Shown here piece after piece: positions 1 through 10,993 of a DNA stretch of 50,765 bases. The stretch is taken from the NCBI GenBank assembly GCA_000182565.2, contig KQ257451.1. One strand, given 5' to 3'. A model generated the notes under the pieces. The model did no database searches. It saw nothing but the letters and a program-made list of their open reading frames with translations, and had not been told where the DNA came from. The translations under genes were made by a program, and so were the position numbers. Source of the DNA: Spizellomyces punctatus DAOM BR117. Its lineage: Eukaryota. Within the stretch, counting starts at the first letter, position 1, and the number at the start of each line of letters is the position of its first letter.

Positions 1-245
1 ATCGTCATTTCGTGTAAATGACTGCTTTTACTTTGTCCAATATAGAGTCGGCATGTAGTCGGCATGTCGTTTGTGTTCATATTGGCAGTGCAAAGGTGCT
101 GCAAAAGATGGATAGGCTATTGTGCACCACTATGGGTTTACCATGCGATTTCTTCCATTCCCGCCTGGGCCTGGCTTCAAGGCCTCTTTCTACTCTAGCA
201 TTTTGCGGCCATGCCTTGCGACACACGGTTAGGACTTTTGGAATT

Positions 246-530
246 GGGTAGCAGCGGACGACGACCTATGCAAGTGGATCGTGTGGGTAGCGGGAAAGCA
301 AAACTGCTGAACTTGAGCTCTTGTGCAATCTAGGTATCGACAATGTGGAGATATGCATCATGATGAGCTGACATTGCTGCGGTTAGGGTTAGGTTAGGGT
401 TAAACTTGATATTAGGTACGGGTTAGGATTGAGTAGCAGCCGATGACGACTTGTGCAAGTGGATGGTGTGTAGGGGGACCATTTTCTTGTGCAATTTAAA
501 TATCGGCAATCTAGAGATATGTATCAGGAT
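246..530. repeat. Degenerate direct repeat, two copies about 185 bp apart, flanking a TTAGGG-like tract
   Basis: gtagcagcggacgacgacctatgcaagtggat...tcttgtgcaat...gagatatgcatca (248-360) recurs as gtagcagccgatgacgacttgtgcaagtggat...tcttgtgcaat...gagatatgtatca (433-526). Confidence 0.7.
381..427 (+). repeat. Short telomere-like (TTAGGG-type) tract
   Basis: ggttagggttaggttagggtta at 381-402 and ggttagg at 421-427. Confidence 0.6.
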
Positions 531-552
531 ACTGCGGGGGACCTCAGAAACA

Positions 553-598
553 AGCTACCGTTGCGCCAAGGCCGGCAGGCCTTGGTGCAACGGTAGCT
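553..598. repeat. Inverted repeat (21-bp stem, GGCA loop) made of the tRNA-Trp 5' end in antisense then sense orientation
   Basis: 554-573 gctaccgttgcgccaaggcc is the reverse complement of tRNA nt 3-22; 578-597 ggccttggtgcaacggtagc is a sense copy with one change (G.T pair). Confidence 0.9.
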
Positions 599-600
599 GA

Positions 601-818
601 GCAACGGTAGCAGCGGCTGGCGAGGGGACGAGTTGTTCATGCTGAGGATAGTTCATACGGGGCCTTGGCGCAACGGTAGCAGCGGCTGGCGAGGGGACGA
701 GTTGTTCATGCTGAGGATAGTTCATACGGGGCCTTGGCGCAACGGTAGCAGCGGCTGGCGAGGGGACGAGTTGTTCATGCTGAGGATAGTTCATACGGGG
801 CCTTGGCGCAACGGTAGC
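601..818 (+). repeat. 69-bp tandem repeat (about 3.2 units) containing the first 22 nt of tRNA-Trp
   Basis: Identical units start at 601, 670 and 739 and run into the tRNA at 808. ggggccttggcgcaacggtagc occurs at 659, 728 and 797. Confidence 0.95.
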
Positions 819-868
819 GCGTCTGACTCCAGATCAGAAGGTTACGTGTTCGAATCACGTAGGCCTCA
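797..868 (+). tRNA. tRNA-Trp (anticodon CCA), intronless
   Basis: Cloverleaf read by hand: acceptor GGGGCCT/AGGCCTC, D-arm GCGC..GCGC, anticodon arm TCTGA-CT-CCA-GA-TCAGA, T-arm ACGTG-TTCGAAT-CACGT. T-rich tract about 20 nt downstream. Confidence 0.95.
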
Positions 869-1635
869 TAATCGTATCTTGCGCTTTACTTTTGCCTGTT
901 TTATGGGGTGACTACAGAGATGGCCATCCATTACCGTATTTTTCTTCCTTGTGGGAGACAAAGTAAACGACACCAAAAGACGAAAAAGCCTTTTTGAAAG
1001 CCCGGACATGGTCAACATGGATGACTGCCATCGACTAAAGAGACCTCAACTGCCTGACACTATGGTATTTTTCTTCGTTTAGGAGACGAAACCAAAAAGC
1101 CAAAGGCCATTCTCGCAGAGTCTGGACAAGGTAAACTAGTATGACGGCACTGGACTGGTCAACATGTATGACTGCCGTCATACATGTTTACCATGTCCAG
1201 ACTGAGACGCATATTCCTTGTGAATGCAAGTCGCAGTGCCAGCGGCGTTTAATTTGCATCCTGCGTTAGCTTTGGATGGATTTCGGGAATTGGACTGTTG
1301 CGTGATGGTGTTTGGGCAGGTTCTCTTCATATTCGGCAAAGCGCACATTCAGCATCAACCGAAACTCTTTCTCAATGAAGCCTCTCTTTTTCTCTTTCGA
1401 TTTCTTTGGTCTTTACGTCAGATGACAGCCGTGCTGAACCCTAGTATAGACGTATGCACCCGAAACAAGCACAGCAGTGGTTTGATGTTGAATTGTACAT
1501 AGTTGCTTGTTATCTAGAAAAGCGCTACCATACACATATTAAAATAGTTCTCCTGAAACAGCCGCTTCTGCCTGGATGTTGGGTGCTCTATTTATGCCAC
1601 CAATTTCCACCTGTAATTCCGATGCGACCTGTGAA

Positions 1636-1821
1636 TACATTGCTACGAGTTGTAGGGCTCATCCCGGAAGGTAAAGCATCGCCTTGCGGACTAGATCTTG
1701 ACAATTGGTTCATCAAACGTAGTCTAGCACACTAGCAATGTATTCAATTACATTGCTACGAGTTGTAGGGCTCATCCCGGAAGGATAAAGCATCGCTTTG
1801 CCGACTAGATCTTGACAATTG
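1636..1821. repeat. Near-perfect ~72-bp direct repeat (1636-1707 and 1749-1821)
   Basis: tacattgctacgagttgtagggctcatcccggaagg(a)taaagcatcg...gactagatcttgacaattg occurs twice. Confidence 0.9.
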
Positions 1822-1875
1822 TTCGTTGAACGTTTTTTAGAGCAATCATAATGCCCCATCCATTAACATTGCCGA

Positions 1876-2610
1876 TTTGCAAACGGGTTGAAAACGGTCG
1901 AGCGAGCTCCCTGGAAACGATGCACCCTACTGCAACTGTTCTCTAAACGTGTCTGGAAGCAACCAAAAGTGTCACATCCACTTTCCCCACAACATTGATT
2001 TTAACATTCCCAATTTACAACAGACGGGTCCAAACGGTGGAACGAGTTCCCTGGAAACGATGATGGCCCTAGGTATTGATATTGGTTACAAACACTATGA
2101 CCAGCAATCGCCGTCGATAACATCTCTTTCCACTAAACATTAATCGCAGTTTTTAACAGTCATGGTAAGCAGCCGCATACGTCACTTGTGCTTGTATTGC
2201 CCTGTAGACTTGAGTTTAAACGGGGGCTAAAGCAAATCATAATGGGCCATCCGTTTGCCCCAAGACTAGACAGAATTGCTGCGTCCTGCAATTTGCAAAA
2301 CGGACTTCCCTTTCCACTAGTGGATGAGCACCTGGACTTTACTCCCACTAAGGCATCAGCGCCATGTTTTCTCATGGCCACACTTCCACTAAAGCATCAG
2401 CACATCATTTTCTCATTGGGGACTTGCAAACAGACCGCTCAAGTAGAGGATGAGCTACCTTTTCATTTCACAATGGGGATTTGCAAACGGACCTTCAATC
2501 TCCGTCAGCGTATCAGCACCGTTTTTTTGTCAAATTGGGCACACCTCCGCTACAGCATCAGTCCCTTCTTTTCACAATCCAAACAGACAGTTCAACTAGA
2601 GGATCAGTAT
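1876..2610. repeat. Degenerate dispersed short repeats, possibly subterminal repeats of a transposon
   Basis: Recurring (t)ttgcaaac(g/a)g(a)c at about 1877, 2292, 2424, 2480 and 2580, several followed by (c/g)tag(a/t)ggat. gag(c/t)tccctggaaacgatg occurs at 1904 and 2044. Confidence 0.5.
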
Positions 2611-2940
2611 TTCCTGTTCTTTTGCCAATTTGCAGAATGTACTGCAATGCACAGCCCGAAGTATTCGGCGGAGCACGGGACAGAGCAGGAACCATCTTCA
2701 ATTTGCACTTTTTCGGCCAGGCCATCGTACAGTGCGTATACACACCCTGAACGCTGGATAACCACCTTCAATTGCACCGCGACCGGAGCATGGTACAGCG
2801 CTGATACGGATGCTGAGAGGTACGTTGGAAAAGTTGACTATTGGCGGCCTTTTAGAACCACGTTCCATTATGCCACAGTGGAGAGTCCAAGCAAAAGAGT
2901 CAGAGGAGCGATTTTATGAAGTCAGACATTAGTTTGTTGT

Positions 2941-2990
2941 TAGGCTTTAGCATATACCGCTTTGGTAGGTTTTAGCATATACCGCTTCGG
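2941..2990 (+). repeat. 25-bp tandem duplication
   Basis: taggctttagcatataccgctttgg followed by taggttttagcatataccgcttcgg. Confidence 0.85.
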
Positions 2991-3172
2991 AACGGTTGCA
3001 GCCCACCCGCCAGTGCAGTACCTAGAGTACAACCGAGTTGGACCGAAACCCCGAAAAGCTCGCTCATCAGTGTCAGTGACAATGTCACCAATGGGCACCC
3101 TTTTCTGGCACACTGCAACTGAGATTGCAGCAATATAATTAACGTGACTGAAAAGGGGTGTGTGGTGAGTTT

Positions 3173-3267
3173 TTTAGAGTTAGAGTTGAGGTTTAGGGTT
3201 GGGGTTTGGTTTAGAGTAAGGTTTGGCGTTCGTGTTCGGTTTTACGGTTTGGGTTTAGGGTTGGGGG
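3173..3267 (+). repeat. Degenerate telomere-like G/T-rich tract
   Basis: ttagagttagagttgaggtttagggttggggtttggtttagag...gggtttagggttgggg. Confidence 0.55.
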
Positions 3268-3309
3268 GAGTGACTACATGCATTTAACTGAGATTTTTAA
3301 GGGTTACGA

Positions 3310-3381
3310 TAGGGGGACTGTGGATGTTTAATCCACGGAAGTTTGAGGCAATAACGGGTCTGTGATGCCCTTAGATGTTCT
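3310..3381 (+). pseudogene. Isolated ~72-bp fragment of 18S (SSU) rRNA
   Basis: ggaagtttgaggcaataacgggtctgtgatgcccttagatgttct matches the highly conserved eukaryotic SSU segment GGAAGTTTGAGGCAATAACAGGTCTGTGATGCCCTTAGATGTTCT with 1 mismatch. It is preceded by tagggggact plus the gtgga...tccac helix. Flanks are not rRNA. Confidence 0.85.
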
Positions 3382-4124
3382 CTAAGGTAATCTACATATT
3401 GGGGTGCCCTGTGCTTAAACGGTGTAAGAGTGGTACTTTGTGTCAATGTATTTCACCAGACAAGCAGTCTGGCTCATCATCAAAAGGAAAACTTTAATGA
3501 AAGAACTTGTTCCTCCCAAAAGCGCCGACCGAGAAAACCCTCGCCGGAACCATTGGAGGAACTCTCAGATGAACCGTTCGAGGGTCCAACAGAGGGTCCA
3601 TCCATTCCAGCAAAGATCATACGGATTGAAGGACCCACTGGAGGAACTATACTTTCTAGCAGCATGTTTGATAAATTCAATCATATGGTCTGGTGAGGTG
3701 TATTCAGCAGGTGTGGAGAGACAAGAAACGTTCTAGATAGGTTTAAAGCAGATGCATACCCTGCACGTCGAATCTAGGATATGGGTGATGCTATGGGTCA
3801 ATTCCCTTGTAAATGTGTCGCATATAATGTACTAGGTGCAATACCACTTACTGCTCAACTTGACTGGTGAATTCCCATCGACTCATGTTAGGCATCTAAT
3901 ACGAACTGGGCCATGACTCCCTGCCAGTACTGTACCGCCATTTGAACAGATAGTCCAACGAATCAAGTTACCCTCACCCCGCAAGTATAGATTTCTTGTT
4001 GCGCCAGATGGTCATTCTTTTTTATCCACATTGCCAATTTGCAAGCGCACAGGCCAAGAATCATTTGGGCTCACCTCGTAAGGCCTAGATATCTCTTTCC
4101 CCGCAGGTGTTGTAAACAGGTGGT

Positions 4125-6547
4125 TCAACTTGCGGACAGGCCAACGATCAGTTGGGCCCAACCAGCAAAAGTTGGATCATCGGTGTGTGCCAGACCTGGG
4201 TGTTGCATGTGTTTCTTCAAACATCCAAGAAAATGTTCATGTCGACCAGACATGAACCCTTGATATTTCCTAGTAGTGTCTACAAGATCGGCGTTGATCC
4301 AATCAATGTCTTGGACAGCGTCAAGTGCAGTCCCTGCGAGCAACTTCATCCATCGTGCTTCAAAAGGGTCGGAAGTGAACTCTTCAGTCGATAGACGGTG
4401 CAGTCTATAGACCGTGCGAAAATCGCACGCATTGAAACGACCCATCTCGTGGGATCGGCTAACCATGTTCAACAGCTGTTCACATGGACCCTTTCTTTAT
4501 TTTGTCTGCAAAGTTCTCATTTGAATATGTCCTACAACCACCAAGATCTGCACGAGAGGCAGTTCCCCCAAGACTTGGGTTCAAAGCTTTATCACAAATC
4601 TCCACGCCCTCTGATTCAAACAGTCGCTAACAGTGAGTTCGGGCAAAACTGCATTCAACATGCGTTGAAAGGGTTGAGGATTGGTAGTGAGTTCTTCTAT
4701 CCTGGAGTCCTGCGGTCATGCTTATGCTCTTCCTTCCAGTCCGACCTGGTTTCGCATCATTGAATTGACAGTCCGTGAAGGGACTGGGACTTGGCCCATA
4801 CTTGGTTGGGCTTCGCTTCAGCAACACATCTTGTCATCAAAACTGTCAGCTTGCAAACAGACGGCCAGCTAATCACAGCGCTCATCTTTTGTGCAGAAAA
4901 CAACTTGGCAGCAGACCGTGTCAATGTCTCCAAATACGTGTTGCCCCAACAAGTGCATGAATGACTTGAACGCCTCATCCATCGTCATTGCAAGGCGGGA
5001 CAACCAGGACCACTTTGAGCTGTGATAATTAAACTCTTTCGATAGGCTCCAAGTTGGCAGCCGATACATTGACACGCAGCCGAGTGTCACTGTCAGTCAG
5101 TAAAAAGGTCAGCGTGGACGTTTATTTTGCCAAAGGTTTTGGGAGGGCATCACATGCCTCGGTTGGTCTGTCCTTTCTCAGTCAAATTGTTTTGCACCTC
5201 GCAGAAAGGAAATCGCTGGATCTCGTTTACACATCATTCAGACGTTTCAAGCCGATGCTCATCTTTGAGTTGGTATCATGCATGCTGCTTTTAAGTAGTG
5301 ATAAAGGTAGTCGCTTCCACGACGCTTCTAATGTAGGAGCTGTTTCCATGATGCTTCTAACCTAGGATAGGGCGATCGCTGATTTAGAAAACGCCCTTGC
5401 TTGTCCATGAGGTGAATCTCTACCACTTTTTTAGACAACAGAGAAACAGACTTGCATAATAACGCAAACCTGCAATAACTTGGTTGATGAAATGGCATTC
5501 GGTGCCAAGGAGCGGAGCTGGCACGCAGCCGGTGACATCCAGTAATCAAGTAATCAGTAAAGAACGAGATCGAAGCATGCCTCTGTTGATCATCATTTGG
5601 TTCTCTGGCAGGAGTCAATTGTAATAGACTCTTGCCTACGCCTGACTCTGCTCAAGAAGCCTTCTTCAAGAAATTTGGCCAACATGTGTCGCACGTCGGA
5701 TGCAATGAACGTTGATTTTTTCACCGTTTGTTTTGGGAATAGTTGGAAAGTCTCTTGAGAGAAAAGAGGGATAATGGTATTTCCACAAAAAATTGCTCTT
5801 TGGGGCAACAAGCCCTGTCATCTGCCTCACCTAATGAACAAACAGACAGGTATAGATTCGTACAATTGTCATTCACAAAATTCCCACGCAAATGTAGAGC
5901 GCCTGGGCTGCAGATCAAGTATGTTACAGCAGCAAAAAAACTGACAAGAATATAATGCATGCTCTGATATCGCAAATAACAAGCTTGGCTGCACATCATT
6001 CTGCGTTCCGCAGTGTTTCTACGTTTGCCCGCATGTACATGTGTCCTTGCAGTCACATCCTCTCCCAGTTCCGTTGCAACTGCAAGCCTAATTACAAAAT
6101 ACAATGGACGTGAGCAACAGGCGGTCGGAAATCGGTGAGCTGTGCGCAAGGATACGAACCTCATCATGTACAGTGTGGTGAAGCCTGTCCTCTGCCTCCT
6201 TAGATGTATATGCGGCAGGCTTGTGCCCAGGTGCAGAGCAGCTGCATGCCCTTCCGGTGGGTGAGCACGGGCACTCTGCGTCTCCCTCTGATATGCTCGT
6301 GGTTAATGAACCGATCACCGCCAAAACTCAAAGCGAGTTCACTTACTTGTGCAAGGGCAGCTGTGTTGAGGTTGCGTGTCGGCCATTCTGTTCTGGTACT
6401 ATCTTTTGAGAGTGCTTTGGAAAGGTTGCTTTGAAAAAACGGGCCAGAAAGCGTACGGGGTGACAATTGGGCTTTATAGCTTTTATATCCTAGTTGTGAT
6501 GATGTCACGTCTATAAAAGGGCTCGTCATAAAGTGTGGGGAAATCAC
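4125..6547 (-). mobile_element. Decayed Cys-rich ORF, possibly a KDZ (Kyakuja-Dileera-Zisupton)/HMGXB3-like transposase relic
   Basis: Chain of stop-interrupted minus-strand ORFs with Cys clusters (CPCSPTGRACSC, PTCDTC, AFKSFMHLL..DTVCCQVVFC), then LQADSFDDK and PCEQLLNMVSRSH..FRTVYRLH, loosely resembling KDZ catalytic-region motifs. Family call is from remembered motif patterns only. Confidence 0.3.
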
Positions 6548-7639
6548 GTGTTTCTGTTGACGTAAAAGGCGGAATTAACTCTGATCAGTTGCTGTCGTCG
6601 TCGACCTTTGCTGGACTTTCCATCCAGCTCAGCGTTCAAATCCTATGATTCTTATAGATGGCCACAGAGCGTGGACTTGCTCAGCACTGGTTTACTGATA
6701 TGTATTTGACTAGCATTTAGTATGCCAAGCCATTTAGATTCCAGTCAAACTGCAAGTAGGCCGACGTGGGGTTGTTGGTCCCACATGAACCAGACGCTAA
6801 TGGACATGAACTGTCAACCAGATCTTCCACGTCGCAACGCTAGGCTTTTTCGACAATGCAAACACAGACATGACACAATCAAAGACTGACAAAGACTTCT
6901 ACCACTTAAGTCTACAGTGTACCCGTATTTGTGTTTTACACCACTCATCGCACGTTGCTGAGCAATCATAGAAACCGCAGTATAAAAAGAAGAGTTTTGC
7001 CATAGAAAACGTTGTTATATGTACTGAAAACGCAGCAGACGCAACACAATTGTCTCTAGTCGTTTACGACCCCGTCTGTAATGGACCGTGCTCGATGGCC
7101 CCGGAACCGCATTCAGCTCTCGCGCGAGCCTCCTCCCCCACATCTACAGTTAGCCACGATAGCCGCACACAGTACCTCCTCATCCCCAACGAACGGGCGA
7201 AGGGTCCATCTCAGATACAAGCTCAGACAAGAGTTTGCTCTTACTGGTATGTCAGGTATCAAGCTCACTCCAATCCTCGCAATCCTCGCAAATTTGTTAG
7301 AAGAGCTCGGTCTCGAGCTCTTTAGAGAGCTCTACCCTGAGGGATGGGAATATAGCGGTGGTTTTGAAGGAATATGATAAGCATCATTGGCTGGGATTTT
7401 TAGAGCATTATATTCGTCTTGGAGAGAGCTCGGGGGCAGCGGGGGACGGATCTTCGGTGGAAGTAGGGGGAGGATGTGAGAGCATACGGAACTCATTAGT
7501 ATCATTGGGATCTGAGGCTTTTGTTCAATGGGCTGACTGGGAAGAGTCTGGAGAAAATGCGTTCCTGGTTACTCTTCCTCCTCTGTTCTCGTCGATTCCT
7601 CTCCCCATTTACTTGCTTTTGAAGATCTTGACCTTGCGG

Positions 7640-7715
7640 CGGTACTGATGACGGTGGTTTTGCCTGTGGCTGGTGGTCCTTGGACGTAAATAAACAAAGT
7701 GGGGAGTTTGTGCTT
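7640..7715 (-). pseudogene. Orphan Walker A fragment (AAA+, ORC5-like N-terminal segment)
   Basis: LPTLFIYVQGPPATGKTTVI in ORF 7569-7832. No Walker B follows and the ORF stops about 25 aa later. Confidence 0.35.
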
Positions 7716-8109
7716 TGGAGCAAAAATCATTCGAACGGTGTGGCCTTGGGCATTGTTTAGTCCAAAAAAAGTTGACTCCTGCAAGATCGTTTTCTTCTTC
7801 CCCAATTGGAATGTATACTTCTGGACCGTCAATCCTTGTCTGATCAGGCTTCTGAATCGTTTTTGGCTCCTGATGAACGTCGGGCTTGTACATGTCCAGC
7901 TGCGTTGTGTAGAGGAGTGTTAGCAGCGACAACAGTGTTTCGATAAAGACGCTGCAAAGAAGGATCTCATTCTCGTTAAGCAACCCGTAGACCTTCCAGC
8001 TTGTGGGTTGGCGTAATATTTCCTAGAGAAGCCCATATTATAAACAAAAAAAGGTGGAACCAGTGCTTTTTGTGATGCCTTGTCTGTCAGCAAGGGAGTA
8101 AAAGGCAGT

Positions 8110-9600
8110 CATGGTCGTTGTCATATGATCGTGAGGGACGAGTTGTGCGTGCAGCTCCCGTCACCCAGGGCCCCCACCGTGGGTGGATTGTCTCGGGTAA
8201 TGCGCTTCACCATTAGCGGGATTAGGTCTTTTCCTTCTCAATGTGGCACTTCCAACGAAGGCAACACCAGCGCGGGATGGCCTAAAAGTCAAGCAGGGTG
8301 TCTACGCGCTCCAGGGCATATTCCAGGTTGGGCTTGGAACTTGGCCATCATTACCTCCCTCGCGCTCGGCAAGCCAAGTTGATGACCCCAACGGCCGGGT
8401 CCTTGGTCTATCACTAGGCCCGCTTCTCCTGTGCGCTTGTACCTGTGCACCTCTCGTAGAACTACTTTTACCTGAGGCGCGCCTCGTCACTCTTCTCTTC
8501 TCCGTGGACCACCGTGAGGTGTCGATGCGGCCTGCATCTACGCCGGCAACGCGATGTTTAGTCCTCGTCGAAGGCGTACATCCCCAACTTTGACCTGCAC
8601 GGGTCACTCGCGCCGGACCCGGCGACGAGGGCTTATCTCGACCTTGGATGTTCAGGTCCACCAATGGTCGGCGACGTAGGCGTGCTTTATCGTGCGTTGT
8701 GTAGTTGTGCGGAGGAGGCAGCCCAGTCAAATCTGTCGGCTGAAAGTGGGTCTCTATAATTTGGTCTCGGGGCAGTTCTAAACACTAAGGAGGTCGTAGA
8801 AGGCGTCCGTGTCGTAGTGGCTGTACTTTGGCTGAGCCAGCATGTGGGACAGCATAGTGAACGCCCTAACCTCGTTCTCATGTGCTCTGATGAAGCAGAG
8901 GAGCCGCCATAGTAGCACCTAGTAGACACACCCACCAACGAGCCCTTTTCGGTTGAGTCCTCGTCGTCTTCCGCTTGGAACCGCCTCCTTTGCTGAGCAT
9001 CGTGTGCGAACGCCAGGCGGAGGAGCGACTTGCCGTACCGGGGCGGATTGAGGTTCCGCCTTGAGAAAGTGGTTGCACAATGCTCTGCAGTAGCAGCTTG
9101 ACGATTCACCATTTCCGAAGATGCGTCTCACGGATGTCGCGACGTGGTTTGGGCAGTTGCCTACACAGACACGGGTGGCGAGCGACATACACTGAGCGAG
9201 GCACGAGGCGGCAGTCCATGGCATGTTTTCTGGGCAGTGAGGGGCGTAGAGTATGTCCCGGACCGCGTTGACGATGACATCGCTGACCCATTTGGCTCCA
9301 GGGACTTCGATTCGATAGTTACGGCGGTGAAGAACTGGCGAAGCACGCTGGAGTTGTCCCTCGAAATTGTTGCGTTGGTCTCCGACGAGGTTATGCGCAG
9401 CGTGCGCTCGCACGTAATGCTGGTCATGCGTCGAACGTTGTTCTCCAGCTGAGGACGGAGCTCGGGCCGCCTCAGGAACTTGGTGAGGCCCATCCTGACA
9501 GTTCGCGAGATATAGCCATGGCTTGTCCCACGGCCGTCAGATCGAACCTTTGTTCTCTTTACCGTCGGGTCTTGCCTCGCCGCGACATGCCATTTTGGGC
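8110..9600 (-). pseudogene. Decayed, C-terminally truncated Fanzor1-like (eukaryotic TnpB-family) gene
   Basis: Stitching minus-strand frames gives Fanzor1-like blocks in the right order: TVRMGLTKFLRRPELRPQLENNVRRMTSITCE; LRQFFTAVT; VRDILYAPHCPENMPW..LAQCM..NCPNHVAT; LLWRLLCF..VRAFTML..PKYSHYDTDAFYDLL; RuvC-I-like RVAGVDAGRID (Asp at 8538-8536); LPSAREV..KFQA/LEYALERVDTLLDF*AIPRWCCLRWKCHIEKEK; MVKRITRDNPPTVGALGDGS. Many stops and frameshifts. Confidence 0.7.
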
Positions 9601-10993
9601 TTGTAGAAACGGCAGGCTGCTAATGTGAAAAGGAGCACTGGTCTCTGGAGTGTAGCCGCTTTGGCGCCCAGGTCGTGCAGTTCCTTTCTCGTTTCTCCTT
9701 CTTGAGCGTGGGGTTCTGAACAACCGAGAGGTCAAAGGTTTCCTATCCCCTGGATGTAGCAGTGTTCTATGACAGTGAGCTATTTGATACATATGAAAGG
9801 TGCTGCCCAAAATGACTTACTGATCCTCTACACTTGAATAGATGTGTTATTAAATCTATTGGGTGGGACATGATGAGCACGGCAGCCTCATATTCAGATT
9901 TAATTATTTTCAATGGGCTGTCCTCGTACGCACTATAGTTTTACCTGCTCTACAAGTGCATTAAGAGTATTGCAGTATTTTCTTCCTAGAAGAAATCGTC
10001 ATCTCCTCATACACGATGCAAAATAAGCACTAATATCTGCCCGTCTTAGCTTGGGAATAGTCCGTTCTATATATCGCCATAGGACAGCCATGCTCTTGAC
10101 TAATAATTCCAGGTTGAGATACCGAGATATGATATTCCATATGGTGCAACAGCGTTGTGGAACTCTTGTCAGTTTTAGGCTGTGTCCTGTCTGTTTGGGT
10201 AGTGGAAAAAGCCTGAATCCAGCATGTGGTCCATGAAAAAGGAAGATGGCGATGGTCCTCCGCTAGCAATTTGCTGTTGAGTACGTTGGATATTGCTTCA
10301 ATAAACGGACAAAACAAGATGGTAATGCTTTATTATTTGTGTGCTGTGATGATGGTGACGTGCATTATTTCTGTTGGCGTAAAACTGGAAGCGATCAAAA
10401 ACATGTAAGTAGACGTGATCATTGCTGTCGTCGTCGACCTTTGGTCTATTTTATCACCCACCCAGCGCAGCATTCGAAAAGCATTTATATGTAAATACCC
10501 ACACAGTGCCGACTTGCTCAACCTTTGCTGAGGGTATTTTCTAGCCATTATAAACAGTTAACGACAGCCCAAACTCTCATCCGTCACAATACATAAAGTC
10601 GCGTATGTGTTTCCTGTTGCTACATCTCAATAACTGAGCTTACATGCAAGTTAGCGTCTTATTTGACGGTCAGGAATAAACAAAAGAAACAAAAGCAGGT
10701 GAAGGATTGGGCAGACTTTGACAGCTGAATCTGAACTCGCGTGTGTGTAACCTTGTCCGAACGCACTTTGACAGACGCGACGGACATTTGGGGAGGACTC
10801 ATCAACCAAAACGGCTTACAACGCCCCATGGCGACGCCTTGTTGCGCCCGGTAGTGTCGAACGCATTGGGGGAGAGACGATACTTTAACATCGAACGACG
10901 ACCGTCACTACCACCCTTTTCATATTACGCAACATCACTCTTCATTCACGCTACCCGGACTCCTGTTCCTCAAAAGGGTGAAGCACGGCGACC

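Noticed and set aside
555-911. Repetitive ORFs 555-794 and 633-911, or a CRISPR-like array
   Set aside because: The ORFs are by-products of the 69-bp repeat (a multiple of 3). The intervening sequences are identical, so they are not spacers.
2188-2919. 243-aa ORF as a real gene
   Set aside because: Non-ATG start, no recognisable motif, and it overlies degenerate DNA repeats.
3310-3381. Functional rRNA gene
   Set aside because: Only ~72 bp match; the flanks are unrelated to rDNA.
7915-7990. SKHCCRC as the missing Fanzor Zn finger
   Set aside because: No preceding DExxTS or following NRD motif; likely chance.
8919-9413. Ulp1/SENP protease fragment (PGAKWVSDVIVN)
   Set aside because: No His/Asp/Cys catalytic motifs follow; the segment fits better within the collinear Fanzor-like relic.
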